A stretch of DNA of 64,000 nucleotides from Cirrosporium novae-zelandiae (lineage: Eukaryota): contig JAPETS010000002.1 in the NCBI GenBank assembly GCA_026023565.1, positions 310,001 through 374,000 of the forward strand, read 5' to 3'. Both the position numbers and the translations under genes were made by a program. Positions within the stretch are counted from its first letter, which is position 1; every line of letters begins with the position of its first letter. The notes beneath the pieces are model-generated. The model had not been told where the DNA came from, searched no databases, and was given only the letters and a program-made list of their open reading frames with translations. Shown piece by piece: positions 38,797-52,100 of this stretch.

Positions 38797-41700
38797 TTTG
38801 AAGGTGTGATATTTGACACGTGCGTCTAGTAGAGCATTTGGAAAATGTTAATGGTCGGGGAGGTGTCGCGATGAGGATTCGAAATGCAGTGAGATGGGAA
38901 GAAAAATTCCTTGTAGTCTCGTTGGCAGTAAATTGAATCTCGAATCCGTCTAGGATTTAGTGGAATGGGGAAGTTTCAGAGGTTGGTGGGGTTAAGAGCA
39001 AAAGGGGGACGCGCTTTTTCAAAGCGCGACTCAGAGCACAAGTAGGATGATGTTATGACGGCAATTCGCAGTAGCTGCCGAGGGCGGTCAGATAAAGCTT
39101 GGTAGGGTTGAGGGGATCGTTCAAAAGAAGAAGTAGAAGAAGAAGAATGGGGAATCAATCGTAAATGAAGACAAATAGAAAGAGTGTGGTGGACCATTCA
39201 AAAAGAAATGAATCTGTAGCCTACTTTCAAGGCTAAGGGGCGCATTGAAGAGAAAGTTGAGAGATGGGTGATGAAAGGGAGAAACCGTGGTTGAATTAGA
39301 CTCGTCAGACAGGGCCAGGTATTACAGATTACAGGCTATTACCAGTCATTACAACTCTTTACATGCCATTTTACCATTTTACACCATCCATTAGAGACTT
39401 TCTCTAAAGCTTTTACCATCTTTACTTTCAGGGGTACTGTATGGAACGTTGAAGCGAGATTCTACTCGAGGCCTCATCTATCCATTTGACAGTTGGCTTT
39501 CTCCCCTGCTTCACTGGTAATTACCACTAGTCCTATCAAATCCTATCAAATCTTGTTTATCCTTGTTCCACTCATCGCATTTACGCCTCTTTTTTATCAA
39601 AACTATCAAAAGTACCCGAACGACCCTTAGGGCCAACAGGTCTAGCAATGCCAGCCAATGCTATCGCCATAAACTGCTGAAAGCTTTCGCGGCCTGTTTA
39701 TTTTTATATCACCATCTCGACCATCTCATGCATTGACCTACCTTTGCACTGCCTTGATGAACAGCACACTAGATGATGTGGCTAAACTAGTCATCCTACC
39801 ATCACAACACTTATATACATGTACACAGCACATACCTACCCTAAGGACACAACTGGAATTGCCACCGTTCATCTCGCTCTTTATTTCATCAGTCCTCCGG
39901 CCCTCCAGCAAAAAGTTCCATTTTGCCATGTCAATCTCTCGGCAGCTCCAGTCCTTCGGAAGCGCAGTGCAGCTTTCCGAGCAAAACGTGTCATCGCTGT
40001 CATGGACTAAAAATGCCCTTGGCCTTTTTCCTTGCTTAAGATTGTGGAAATGCGAAATGAATAAAATGAACGGAATAGGATGCTCACTTCAAATAGGCTT
40101 ATCTGTCGATCGATTCAAAAAAGATGGCTGTATCCATATTGGGTACATGAGGAGAATATCGTTTCTTTATTTTCTTTCCCTTGATGCAACTGCCGTTCGC
40201 CGGTACCACCATCAATGCCTGATGTGGCAGGAACTCAGGCACCAAACTTTCTAGCGTCGACGATTGGATCGGAGGTGCAGATCGCAGGGAAACCCGGTTC
40301 CCGACATTCAATGACGGATGCACGAAATTTCAGGGAACAAATGAATAAAAAAATCTACAACCTCGATTCTATCACAATATTCTATCACAAAAGGAATAAA
40401 GAAATGTTTTGTTGTTGATATACTGCTCCATGAGATGCAGTAAAGCGAGAAAAGAAAATAAGTCCTTAGTCCGATCAATAATAAGTAAATTGATTAACGT
40501 ATCAATCAATCGGTTCATTGTCTACATTCAGCCAAGTCCTTTTGGATCTCGTCACGAGTCGCGACCTATCACTACAACGACCACTAACGAAATATAAGTC
40601 CTTCAAAAAATGACTCCAGATCAATTGATGCATGACAGACGCCTCAAACTCGACAGCCGTGAAAGCAGTTTTCCGTTTGTCAAACACCCATCATCAGAAT
40701 TTAAAAACCCCCACTAAAATCTATTGCGTAATAGTCAGGATTATCAAAACTTCATCAAAACTTTCTTGTCCATTATTTCATCCGCATTTTTTTAATCATT
40801 TCAGTGATATCCATCAGCACTCTACTCCATTTCACTCATCTTAGCCATCAAGACAAACTTTCCACAGACAGCAACGTTCCAAAACCCTCGTCACAGTAAA
40901 GGACAGCACCCGTCGTCATCATCATCACCATCATCCAGTCAACTCTTCAATGTTTCTCTCTAGCTCCATCAAACTAATCACAAACAAACAAGGAAAACCA
41001 ACAACCATGCCAACAACTGCATTTGCATTTCGAACATGGAGTGTTCCCTGTAAATACCCGAAGCCGCCTTACAAGAAACCTGACCTTGGCTCTAGCTTCC
41101 AGAACCGAGAACCAGGGCATCTCAGATAACGACACATGAAACTGTTTGATTGTTATTCATACCTTGCCTTGTCTTGCAGATTTGGCAATTGGATCGTCAA
41201 GTCGCAAGACATGTATTTCCATTGTTTTTTGTTTTTGTTTTTTCTTAAAACACATTACCATACATAAATACACATACACATTACACATTACATCCAATAT
41301 ATACACACAACCCTCACCATCCCATCCCACTCCCCTCAATCTTCGAGCAACCATAAAATCAAACTTCCGTCCAAACACAACCACAAAATACAAACCCACC
41401 ACCTCCAAAACCACACAAATGTTCAAGACACATCCTACTCAGAAAGAGTTTTTTTTCTTTCAAAAAGCAAGATGCTTCCATAATAGCAAGAAATTACATT
41501 TAAGGGGCCTAACGTCTAAAGTCTCAATTCTAAAGAATCATAATTGGAATTTGCGAATTAATTGATGGCGCGGAGCGTGGAACTTGGGTACTGTAGAGGA
41601 AGATGAGATTAAATAGAGTTATGTAGCTAATTATCATTATTATATATACCTATATAAGGAATAAGAAGTTTTTATATAAGCAATAAATAAATGCTTCTAA

Positions 41701-42263
41701 TAATAACATCTAAAGAGGAATGTTAGATTTAGGCTAAGTTTCAGTTTTAGTTTAAGTTCTGGTTCGGGTACTAGTTTAGAATTTTGATTAAGCGAAACAT
41801 GTAGAAGATGGGAGCGAGAGAACGAGAGGAAGGTGGTGATGTGTAGATATAATTTTTTATATCAAATCCTACAAACCTAACCCAACCCCCAAAAAATACA
41901 ACGACAACGAAAGCCATCGCCCTCTCCTTCCCTCCTCTCCCTCATCCACCCATCCAACTCTCTATACAAACACACTCAGGAACCTCTTTTTAAAGGGATG
42001 AATTATTGGATAAAAGATAGATGGATGGATATATAAAGTGAAAGTCCCGAAAATTCATCTAGACTACCTAGATACCTATCTAATTAGGGTCTCCCTGTTC
42101 CTCCCACTCACCCTTTTTTGTTCCCGTGGTCGTAGTGGATCGAGATGAAGGATGAAGCCAGGCTGAGTTTATTTGAGAAAAAAAAGTGATGCTAAGGTCG
42201 GGATTGGGGTTGGGATGAGAATATATCTGTGGGATGGACGAAGAAAAAAAAAACAATATATAT

Positions 42264-43238
42264 TCAAGCTAAACTATTCTCCAACGCAACAATCTCCCCA
42301 AACCCCTCCTTCCAAATCTCATCCTCCTCCGCCGTCGGTCTTGGAAACGGCCGTCGCCCATAGCCGCCATAGTTGAACCAAGCGCGCAATCCAGCCTTGG
42401 TACCAACGACATTTCCTCTGATGGCGGCCCAGTCCCCTCTAGCGACAAGGCCCTGCAGGGCTTGCGCCTCGTGGCGGTCGGCAGATTGATAGGAGTGAAA
42501 GAGTTTTATGAGGGCTTTTGGGGCGACGTTTCCGAGGCCGGCGAGGACGCCGTGGCCGCCGGCGACGAGGGTTTGGAGGGTGAAATCTGCAGAGCCGCCT
42601 AGGACTAGAAAGGGGGGTGGTGTGGTTTCGGTGTTAGAGGGTTTTGGGGAGGCGGTTGCAGCGGCGATGCGGGCGAGCTTTCCTGTGTTGCCGCATGTGA
42701 GTTTGCAGCCGACGATTTTAGGGTGTTTGGCTAGCTCGATGATGTCGTCGGAGGTGAGGTCTGTACCTGAGGCTGCGCCGGGGTAGTTGTAGATGAGTAA
42801 GGGGATTGGGGATGCGGTGGCCACGTCGGTGAAGAAGCCGAGCAGGCTGGCCCGCGTGTAGAAGCCCTTATAGTATGAGGGGGGGAGGATCAGGGCGTAG
42901 TCTCCGCCGCAAGAGGCGGCGTCTTTGCAGAGTTCAATTGTTTCTTGAGTGGATTGGGCGGCACACCCGACGATGATGGGCATGTTTTTGAAGTTGTTGC
43001 TGTCGAGTGCTTCGCGAACTGCGCTGGTGGCGAGTTTGCGCTCCGAGTGGGAGAGGTGGACAGCTTCGCCGTTGGAGCCTTGGGTTGTTATCCCAGATAC
43101 GCCGGCCCGAGCGAGACGGACGACGTGGCTTTTGAGGGTTGGGAGGTCAAGTTCTTCATTTTCTTTGAAGAAGGTGAGGGTGGGGACGTAGACGCCCTGG
43201 GGGAGCGGTCGAATGGATGGCCCAGCGAGAGATCCCAT
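42264..43238 (-). CDS. DHDPS/NAL-family class I aldolase, similar to L-threo-3-deoxy-hexulosonate aldolase (GaaC/Lga1) paralogs
   Basis: Intronless. RPLPQGVYVPTLTFF, QGSNGEAVHL, LPPSYY, IYNYP, Schiff-base Lys in VGCKLTCG, GGSADF. Confidence 0.9.
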   Translation of the reverse strand: MGSLAGPSIRPLPQGVYVPTLTFFKENEELDLPTLKSHVVRLARAGVSGITTQGSNGEAVHLSHSERKLATSAVREALDSNNFKNMPIIVGCAAQSTQETIELCKDAASCGGDYALILPPSYYKGFYTRASLLGFFTDVATASPIPLLIYNYPGAASGTDLTSDDIIELAKHPKIVGCKLTCGNTGKLARIAAATASPKPSNTETTPPPFLVLGGSADFTLQTLVAGGHGVLAGLGNVAPKALIKLFHSYQSADRHEAQALQGLVARGDWAAIRGNVVGTKAGLRAWFNYGGYGRRPFPRPTAEEDEIWKEGFGEIVALENSLA

Positions 43239-45276
43239 GTTGGAGAGTGTGGTATCTAGATGTCGAGGGGATGATGTCAATGATTGATGGGGGTAGAGCT
43301 AATAAAGTGATTAGAAGTGACGGTATATTTGAGCGGTGATTGTTCAAATGATCTATGAGTAATGCATGGAATTAATACTGTGGTAGATATAGGCCAAATC
43401 CATCGCACAAGAGGAAAGGCCACTCTTTATATTATGTGATCCCCCAAAGGAAAGAACGTGGGGGTCCAAACGTCTGATCCCCTGTAGCAATCCAAGGCCT
43501 TCTGTGAGACCTATCCTACCTTAAGAGGCATCCTGCATTTGTTGGTAATTGGTCAAGTCACTGGTACTCCGCCGTTGGTGGTTAATATACCACCACAAAA
43601 ACGGGTGTAGGTACAGCTCATTGTCGCCACATTTACCGTACGGACATGTTAAGCTGGCGGTTGTTGAGGATTTATTTCTTGTTTGGATCTCTTAACATAG
43701 GCCTTTGCGCCTTTTCCATGGCAATGGGTCTTACGGCTGAATCTTGAGGGGGCGAAAGTGTGGTCATTTTAACTTGTTTTAGAAGTAATTCATTTTCTTC
43801 TCACATGGCTATTCTCTGCAGAATCGGAGAAGAAAGGCAAAAGCTAACAATTGGTGGACAATGAAGTCACACGTGAGATATGTTTTTGTCATAGGTGTAG
43901 ATCTTGGAGTTGGCTACGAATAAGAATGGAATCTGCAAAAAAAAAGAAAAGAAAAAACAAGAGAAATAAAGAAGTTGTAGATAATTCGGTAGCACGGGGG
44001 TAGGTAGGTCTTGACACAGTATAATCAATTTGACATTGAACTTTGTCCCTCACTCATGCCACAGTATCTATTCTCTCAGACCACTTTCTATTTCCGGGGC
44101 CATGATGCTGTTGTCTGGAGACAAATAGAAAGAATATCATGATAAAGAGAAAAGAGAGGTCCGACATTCGGGAGTCTGTTGGCAAGTTTAGTGTGGGGGT
44201 TAAATCTTATTTGCGGGGTTGATCCTCGGGTCACTGATTTATTGACAATCGTCATCAACAATCACTTTGACTCTTTAGGACAGTCTAGCATTATCACAAT
44301 CATTCTTCTCCTATGAAGAGTTGACATGATCCTTCTACCTTCAGTATACAGATCCAAAGTGTTGCCCCGTTACTGAGGGAAGATACAATTGACAGTTATA
44401 AAAGGAAAAGGCAAGGAAAAAACACACACAGGGCTTCCCAACTCAATTCAACTGCCACGCCGCCATATGATAAAGTCTACCCACGTAACCCACACTATTC
44501 GCGGGGGCTAATTGAACTTAACATTGGCGATGCGGTTATTTCCTTGAATGATCTGCTATCGGATGTGTAATGCAAACTACGTCTTCGTTGGTGGGACCTC
44601 CTCCCGATGAACATGTCCCGACTACAAGCTAAATCCCCTTTGCAAGTACTGGGGATGGGTATCGGGAAGGAATCCACGGCATCGTTCACATAGTGCCTCA
44701 ATATGTGGGGAATAGGGAATTGGGAAATGGGGTACGAGGTGTACATGTACAAGAATTAATAATAGCAATCCGGGATTCGCCTTAATCAACATATGGGTAC
44801 ATGAGAACCAACTTTACAAAATCCCTTGGGGGTCAATCTACTGGAAGACCTGAATACTGATGCCTGCATGTCATCCCGAGTTATTTTGTTCTCATCCTGT
44901 GTCACTAAGCTAAACCTCAAAAAATCGAGTACGAACGTGCCGAAAAATGACAATATAAAACGATAAAATCCATCAACTCATGTTGGGAGACTTTACAAAT
45001 AAAATGAATACGGGACCCATAAAGGATGATGATAATGAGGATGTGGTTGGAGGCTTGATGGCCTAGGTGTTTCGGATTGGATTGTGGATTTGACTTGACA
45101 AAGTTGATCTCATTTACCACTCCTAAACAAGCTTTTGATATCCATAATAATATTCTCCGCTCAATCATAGATTTTGTCAAGATCTTATACCCGTAGGTCG
45201 TTGGTGTTTAACCCCTGAACAAACATGTATTTTGTTCCTTTCTATCCTTTCTAAAACTTGTATCATTATCATCTCC

Positions 45277-45687
45277 TCATTTATCAATGTATGCCGGGCT
45301 ATACACCTCTCCTGCCATTTTGGCCTCTATATCTGACATGGGCTGTCCCAAATCACCATCGCTATCATCTCCCCTATGACCGACCTTCATCCTGAGACTT
45401 TCACAATCACACTGTTCGCAATTTTTATTAACTTTCGCGCGTCTTTCCATTTTCTTCATCTCTTCCGCCAAGGAGCAGTTAAGATTCCGTGGCGTTCGTT
45501 TCCCATGACCTGCATAACGAAAAATAGTCTGTGCCCCCACGAAGCACTTCTTGTGACTATGGAACTCAAATTCGTTTAGAACATATCTGTCGCAGCCAGT
45601 CCCACAAAGATGCTCGCATTCGATTTCTCGTGGGACATGTTGAAAGTGGCCGCAGTGATACTTCACGAGGTCTGCAGTAAAGCACAT
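45277..45687 (-). CDS. Small Cys/His-rich hypothetical protein (136 aa)
   Basis: ATG at 45687 in AAAATG context: MCFTADLVKYHCGH...CEHLCGTGC...KKC...NC...NCEQCDC. The MC-x(n)-Y-x-CGH start is typical of small orphan fungal proteins. Confidence 0.5.
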   Translation of the reverse strand: MCFTADLVKYHCGHFQHVPREIECEHLCGTGCDRYVLNEFEFHSHKKCFVGAQTIFRYAGHGKRTPRNLNCSLAEEMKKMERRAKVNKNCEQCDCESLRMKVGHRGDDSDGDLGQPMSDIEAKMAGEVYSPAYIDK

Positions 45688-46430
45688 TTTTGTATATCGT
45701 TGGCGGAGAAAGCTGGTGGGACTGATCATTTGCATGAAAGCACTAGGGGATGAGGTTACTTAGTCTTGTGAGGTATGTGATTGAAGACTGAAGACGGCGG
45801 CAATTCAAATGGGACAAAGGTGTGAAGAAATCTATATTCTGCGCAAGCAAACGGTTAGTACGACGTGACGCACACAAGTAGAGATCAAGGAATGGATAAC
45901 TCGAGTCAAGCCTTTCTGTTTGAGCGAGGGAGCAAAAAGGCAAATAGGGATAAGACAATTCGGTTTTCACCAAGAAATTGTACCAACCAAGGTCATGTCA
46001 TCACCCTCTACTAAACTTAGAGGCTTCCCATGGTTCTAATATCTCAACCATCCTATACCTCACGCCCTTCCAGCAAATATCAGTGAATCGCTTATCCAAT
46101 AAAAATACCCCGTATAAGTCCTAGCAACTCTGTCGCGGCGAAGATAAAGGGGGGGAAACTAGTTTTAATGGCAAGAGTGTTTTGAGGACTGTTTATGTGT
46201 TTATTTCTTCCTATAAGCAGTTCTATATCATTTGCTCATCGTCAAGTACTGAAACCTTCAATGTAGCACTTTTTGAAGATGTTTCTCATCCCTTTAGGAA
46301 GCATTAGCATGGACTTGAACACTAACGTGAACAAAACCAAGGGAGCCAATATTCTACCCTCCTTAGACTTTGGCCATGCGAAGAATCAGAAAACCAAATT
46401 CAGGAAGAAATAAAAATAGTACTACAGATA

Positions 46431-46550
46431 ACGATCCCTCAGTTCTCGGGTGAGAGAGGAGATGACATAAATATCTATTTGAGGACTATGAAAGTAGCTA
46501 CGTTAGATATTGTAGACGAACAACTTAGCGAAAAACTATCGATCGTATGA
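46431..46550 (+). pseudogene. Possible retrotransposon gag-like relic
   Basis: The short frame TIPQFSGERGDDINIYLRTMK... resembles the P-x-F-x-G...D...(F/Y)L start of LTR-retrotransposon Gag proteins. It is bounded by stops, and no LTR or pol is seen. Confidence 0.2.
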
Positions 46551-49196
46551 TGAAATTATATTTTTAAATCAATCATTTCAAAATTGATGTGAGATAAGTA
46601 ATTCCCTTCATTGAAAATTATATTTACTAGGTGCGACCTTAAGTGCTGACTGAGGCTCGGAAGGTGGTTCGCATGCCTGATGGTGTATTTGATTCGCTGC
46701 CTAAGTGCTGCCTTAGTGCTACGCTAAGGTGACTACCTCATTATCCTTCGATCGCCTAGCTTCTACATCTTTACGAGTACTTATACATATCCATCACTCA
46801 TCAAATATACCATCTTTCCTCATTTGGTTCCATCATACAGACCATAAGATCCGGGATAGTCTCATAAGAGACTAATATTGAAGAATGAAAGTATTCATCC
46901 CTGCACGACATGGCAATACTAATGTATGGCACACTGATCATCGCTAAGGCAGAGATCAACGTCGCCCTCTATTGACAGGTACACCGAACAGGAAGCATAT
47001 CATATTAAGGCTTCTACTAAAGATTCTACTCAGGCCCGCGGATAGTTCGCACGTCTAATGGTTCATCTACTATGGTACACTTGCGCAGAATCAAACCCGA
47101 ACGAACCACCCTCGGGCCGGCCCATTACTGGTCTGCAGTGCTCATGACAGAGTCCTCGGCTCTGTATTCTGTTGTGCCTTCGTCAAAAACTATATACTTC
47201 CGATCCTCGAGAAGTTCATTTTAACTATTTTATGGTACTTTCATTTTCTCACCCAATCGCTCTATTCTTATACTTTTCTAGTCACTTGCCATGTTACTTC
47301 TTGAATAGTGTTTTTTTTACCCCACAGCATAGCAACACCTAATACAAAAATGGCTTTGTTAATAGCTACCTTTTCCTCTCATTTCTATAACGATTCCGAT
47401 CACCTCATCTCCCACTTCTTCACCTTTATTATATATAATTATGAAGCCTTTTTAACGTTCTCCTATATCTCCCCCCCAGTATACATTGGCACAATTTAAG
47501 ATCAAGAAGGGTGAGACTATCTGTGTGGGAATGACATGGATGGGTCGTTTGAGGAACAGGAGGGGTTCAAGCTATGTTTCCTCGGAAAGCTGCTTTGCCA
47601 AGCTGCTCCTCTGACAAAGTCACTGTATGTGAAAGAAAAGCATCAATCGAGATATCCAGATGGCAGACCGAATGCAAACTGCACACTAACTATCCAATTA
47701 AAACTATCACTTCATGATATCTATAAGGCAGATGCATATTATTACGAATGGCTTTATTTCGATATGCATTTCACCAGTTTGATGCAAATGGCCAAATAAC
47801 ATATCAATCTTACATAACCTTAATATCGAAAGAATATGAGAGGTTGGGGTGTATGTCTCGGGAGAAAACAGTGTTCTCTAGGTGTTCTAACCCTCGAGGC
47901 CAATTAAATAAGAATAAATATGCAAAAGAATTCGTACTGCGGCCTCATCGAACTGAAGGTTGGCAGATTGGAGCTTGCAAGAAACAATTAGGTAGCGGAC
48001 AGTATAATTGTTCTCTACTTTTGTGGTCAGTCAATAAGTGCCATAGCAGATTATGGACTCCACAATGCAAATATATTCTAACGCAGTTGGTTGCATCAAG
48101 ATGTTCAGTCCCAGTCTGATATTTTGAATCTGGCTATGGACGGCTGCAAGGCAAGTCTGCATAGTTAATGCAACTAATGCTGTCAGACAGTTGAGAATAT
48201 TCAAGGAATCGCTATGAGTCTATCTGCCAATCTGATCATTTTACAACAAGGGAGGTAGGTTCTGGACAGCATATTATTCGAGATATGATAAACCTTGTAT
48301 ATATATATATATATCAAAACTTGGTAACACAAAGATTATTGCCCTCACTAAATTAAGTCAAGCATATTAAGATATCTTCTTCCTTATAACTATTACAAGG
48401 TTATAAGGAAATATTAGGGGCGAAGGCGCGATATATAAACCCCTATAACTTCCTGCAATTCCCAAAGGCCACTACTTATAGCTAATAAGTTCTTCCCTTT
48501 TGTCTGTTTGTTGGATTGCTTGTCTTTCTGATGATGGTAATGATATGTGATGGCGATGATACGTGAATTAAGCAAAAAAAAAAAAGAGGACATCTATATA
48601 TTTCAGACTGCCACCAACCACTATCACCATCACGATTCATCCATCCATTCACCCCCTCCCTCCCCTCTCCACCCAATCCACTAAATAGGTAAGTAAGCTA
48701 AGTAGGTATTAAAAAAAAAGAATCATCATCATCATCATCATCAAATCCCCATTTCAGCTAGCTATCTAGTTAGTTTAAAAGTGTTTTTTTAAACTAGCTA
48801 AGCTAAGCTCAGGTACCGTAGCTAGCTCCCTCTCATCATCAACTTTCCATTCCATTTCCCACTTCTTCCCATTCATTTCTGGAACTTCTGGTGGGTAGGT
48901 ATTGGTAGGTATTTCGTTTCATTCTTTCTTTCTTTCCATTGCTCTTCCTTCCTCGTTTTCTTCTTCTTTCCTTTAATTTAAATTTCTCTATCGTTCGTTC
49001 GTTCTTCTTTGAGTCTTTCCCTCCCCTCCCCACACACGGGCTTTTAATTGTCCCTCCCCCCCTTTCCTTTCCTCATACTCCATCCACCGTCCTAATCAGC
49101 CAACCGACAAAACATACCCATCCACTCCGTTCCACCATCCCACCCACCCTCGATCACACAAAAAGAGCCCATTCCATTCCATCCAATCGACAAATC

Positions 49197-52100
49197 TCAC
49201 CACTCGTCGTCATCATCATCCTGGCCCTTCATCTTATTCTGCCTAGCTCTCAACGCCTCCGCCAGTCCCCCAGCCAAACTGGCATTTCCACCTCCGACGG
49301 GGGTCTCCCTCCCGCTACCATTCGTACTCCCACCGCTTCCCATACTCACAGCGCTATCTCTTGCTGGGATACCTAATGGCTTTTTAGCTACGTTGGGTCG
49401 CTTTGTGGGGGGTGGGGGTTTGGGTTTTCCGTTTGCGACGCCGTTTGGTCGTGCGGGGGCGGGAGGCGGCTTGGGAGGGGCTTGGGCTTCTTCTTTGAGG
49501 TATGCAGAGGGCGCCCACCCTTGAGCGTCTGCGGAAAGCTTTTTGGCGAGCCACCAACCTATTCACTTCGCATTAGCACTTTTCCTTTCATATGTCGTAA
49601 GAAACCAATAGTAATTGAGAGCATACCATTTCCTTCCTTCTTTAGAACCTCAATGATCTCATCCTTCTTGATACTCAGCTCGTTCGCGCCCTGCCCTTCA
49701 AAGTCATATAACACACGGAATGTATCTTTCTTCGGTGCCGGCGCTTGCATCGGCGGAGGTGGTGGAGGTGCGCGAATCGACGAGTTGGATGCATTTCTCG
49801 CATGACCACCTCCATTGATCGCCGCAGCGATCTGTTGCGCTGCTCCTTGCGGCCGATTTTGTACTGCGGGCTGTGGGACTGGGGCTGCAGCGGGAAGGGA
49901 TTTCTTGACAGGGAAAGAGGGGGCAGGCTGCTGCGCGAGGGAGGCATTTCCGGTTGGTAACGGTACAGGTTGCGGCGTAGGTCGGGGAGCTGGTTTTGGT
50001 CGCGCAGCCAATTTGGATGGACCACCTCCTGGACCGCCCGCTCGAAGCAATTTACCCTTCGTGATTGGTTTGGCAGCGACCTGTTTTCCTTTCGGCGTGG
50101 GTTTTGATACGGAATTAGCTGGTTCTCCTGGGCCAGTGTGTATCGTTCCGGACTTATAAAGATCATCACGGAGAACAGCATTATCCTTGACGGTTTTTAC
50201 GGTTGCTGGTTTACCCGGCTTCTTATTGTAATCAATGTGATCAGCAATTCGGAGGTTGATCCCGCCAGGCATTGCATTTTGTAAATGCGTGAAGAACTCG
50301 GTTTTGAAGACACAGTTGAGGAGGGAATCTGGTTCTTGAGCAGATCCTACACCGAGAGAAAACCAGTCGTCTTTGAGATTGGAGCAGCTGACAAATTTGA
50401 TGGCTCCAATAGGAATTGTATGTTCGGCTTGTATTGATATTTGATGATTAACCAATGCTTGCACGACGACATATACATGTTTCTTGGTGAGAATGAGGAT
50501 CCGAGGACTTGGTTTGCTTGATCTTCCGAACTTGGTAATTAGTACCTCACACCGACAAGAGAAAAGAACCTGCTCATGACCTTGAAAGGGTTAGTTAGGA
50601 TATAGAGATGTATGCTGAGAACTTACTGCTGAGATTAATTGAGCTCCGAATCATTTCTCCCGGACCGCCATTATTAGCAATACCAAGGTAGTCTCCCAGG
50701 AATCTCCTCGACCCAACCAAACTATATCTCCGCCTCTCTTTCCGTTGTTGCAAGAGTTGATGACCTTGGTCTCGTAGTATAATAAACTCCTTCCCTCCAG
50801 TCTGTTTTCGCCAGAACCGCTGGATGCGAATTGCACATTCTGTCCGATATCTGAGATAGTTCCTCCAGGCTCTTTGAATTCGGATGGCCATATTATGCCA
50901 GTATCTATCTCGCATATGCTCTAATGCAAAGAGTGTCTCGGGTGTCTTAATAAAAGCCTTGGTAACTCCCATTTGAAATTCTTCAGCTGGGATGCTGGTA
51001 TCCTTAAGAATTTGTTTGGTTCCTGATTTCGCATCGCCCGTCCACGTGTAATCTCCAGCATACGAAGTTTTGGGAGAAAGCAAATAAAATCTTTCTACAA
51101 ACTTGTCGAACGTTTGTCGATAAGCAAAGCCTGCTCTTCGAATCCTGACATTTTCTTGCAGACCAAGATACTTAATCTGATGCATGACGTTTTGAATATT
51201 ATACTCCGAGGGGGATTTGTTTTCGTTGGGTTTGATTGTTCGTATATATGAGGGAGAGGCTTTCATGAGCGTAGAAACCAAATCGTTGGCCGAAGCTTTG
51301 ATTTTATCACCTGCTGTTGGTGGACGCCTTTTGTCATCCTGGTTGACCTGGTTCGGGAAGAGAGTATGCAGAAATTCATTCGAACTCTCTCCAACAAGGT
51401 TGAGCAAATCTTTGAGAAGTTGATCCTTGTTCTTGTCTGTCATGCCTTCAACAGCATAGCTGACATCACCGGCGTAATGCTTAATAATGAATTGACCTTG
51501 TCGAGGTACGAAATGAGCGTTTGAGGAAAGAAAGTTGAGTCTCTGGACAAATGTCTGATCGGCTGCGGTTGGATCTGCATGAGCTGTTGCGCACGCATCG
51601 TTAAGGGCTGCAAAGACACCAGGTGGTCGTTTTTCCTCGATAAGTTCGCAAACAACTTTGTTATCAAAATAGTTGATTGGAGTCCACTGAATCTGTTCAC
51701 GAGCATACTCTTCTTGCTCGGTCTTTAAAGTCAGCTGAATGAAAATTTGCTGGAGCTTCTCATTCACATAATTGATGCAAAGCTGCTCGAAGCTGTTTCT
51801 CTCAAAAATCTCAAACCCGTAAATATCAAGAATTCCAATAGAATTGGATATGGCTCCAGTGTGTTGCAAAGATACATTGACTCGAGCCACAATCCAGTCA
51901 AACAAGTTGAAATAAATAGCTTTTGCGAGCGCATCCCGAACAGCCATGGCTTGAGCGGGGTTCAATGGTGATTCGTAGATAGAGCCTCTTCTCATACCTC
52001 TTGAAGTTTCAACGATACGGATTGTCAAGGCCTTATTGACATGCGCATTGTCAACTTCAAGCAGGTAAGCAACGAAATCCACAACAGATTGATCTGTGAT

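Noticed and set aside
39733..40418. 173-aa and 67-aa ORFs upstream of the Msb1-like gene
   Set aside because: Non-ATG or weak starts, no recognisable domain, and composition like non-coding DNA.
44428..44439. ACAGGGCTTCCC, matching part of ascomycete 5S rRNA
   Set aside because: A 12-nt match only; the flanks do not continue the 5S sequence.
47536..48119. Two overlapping ORFs as a possible programmed frameshift gene
   Set aside because: No slippery site or family motif recognised; more likely decayed or random sequence.
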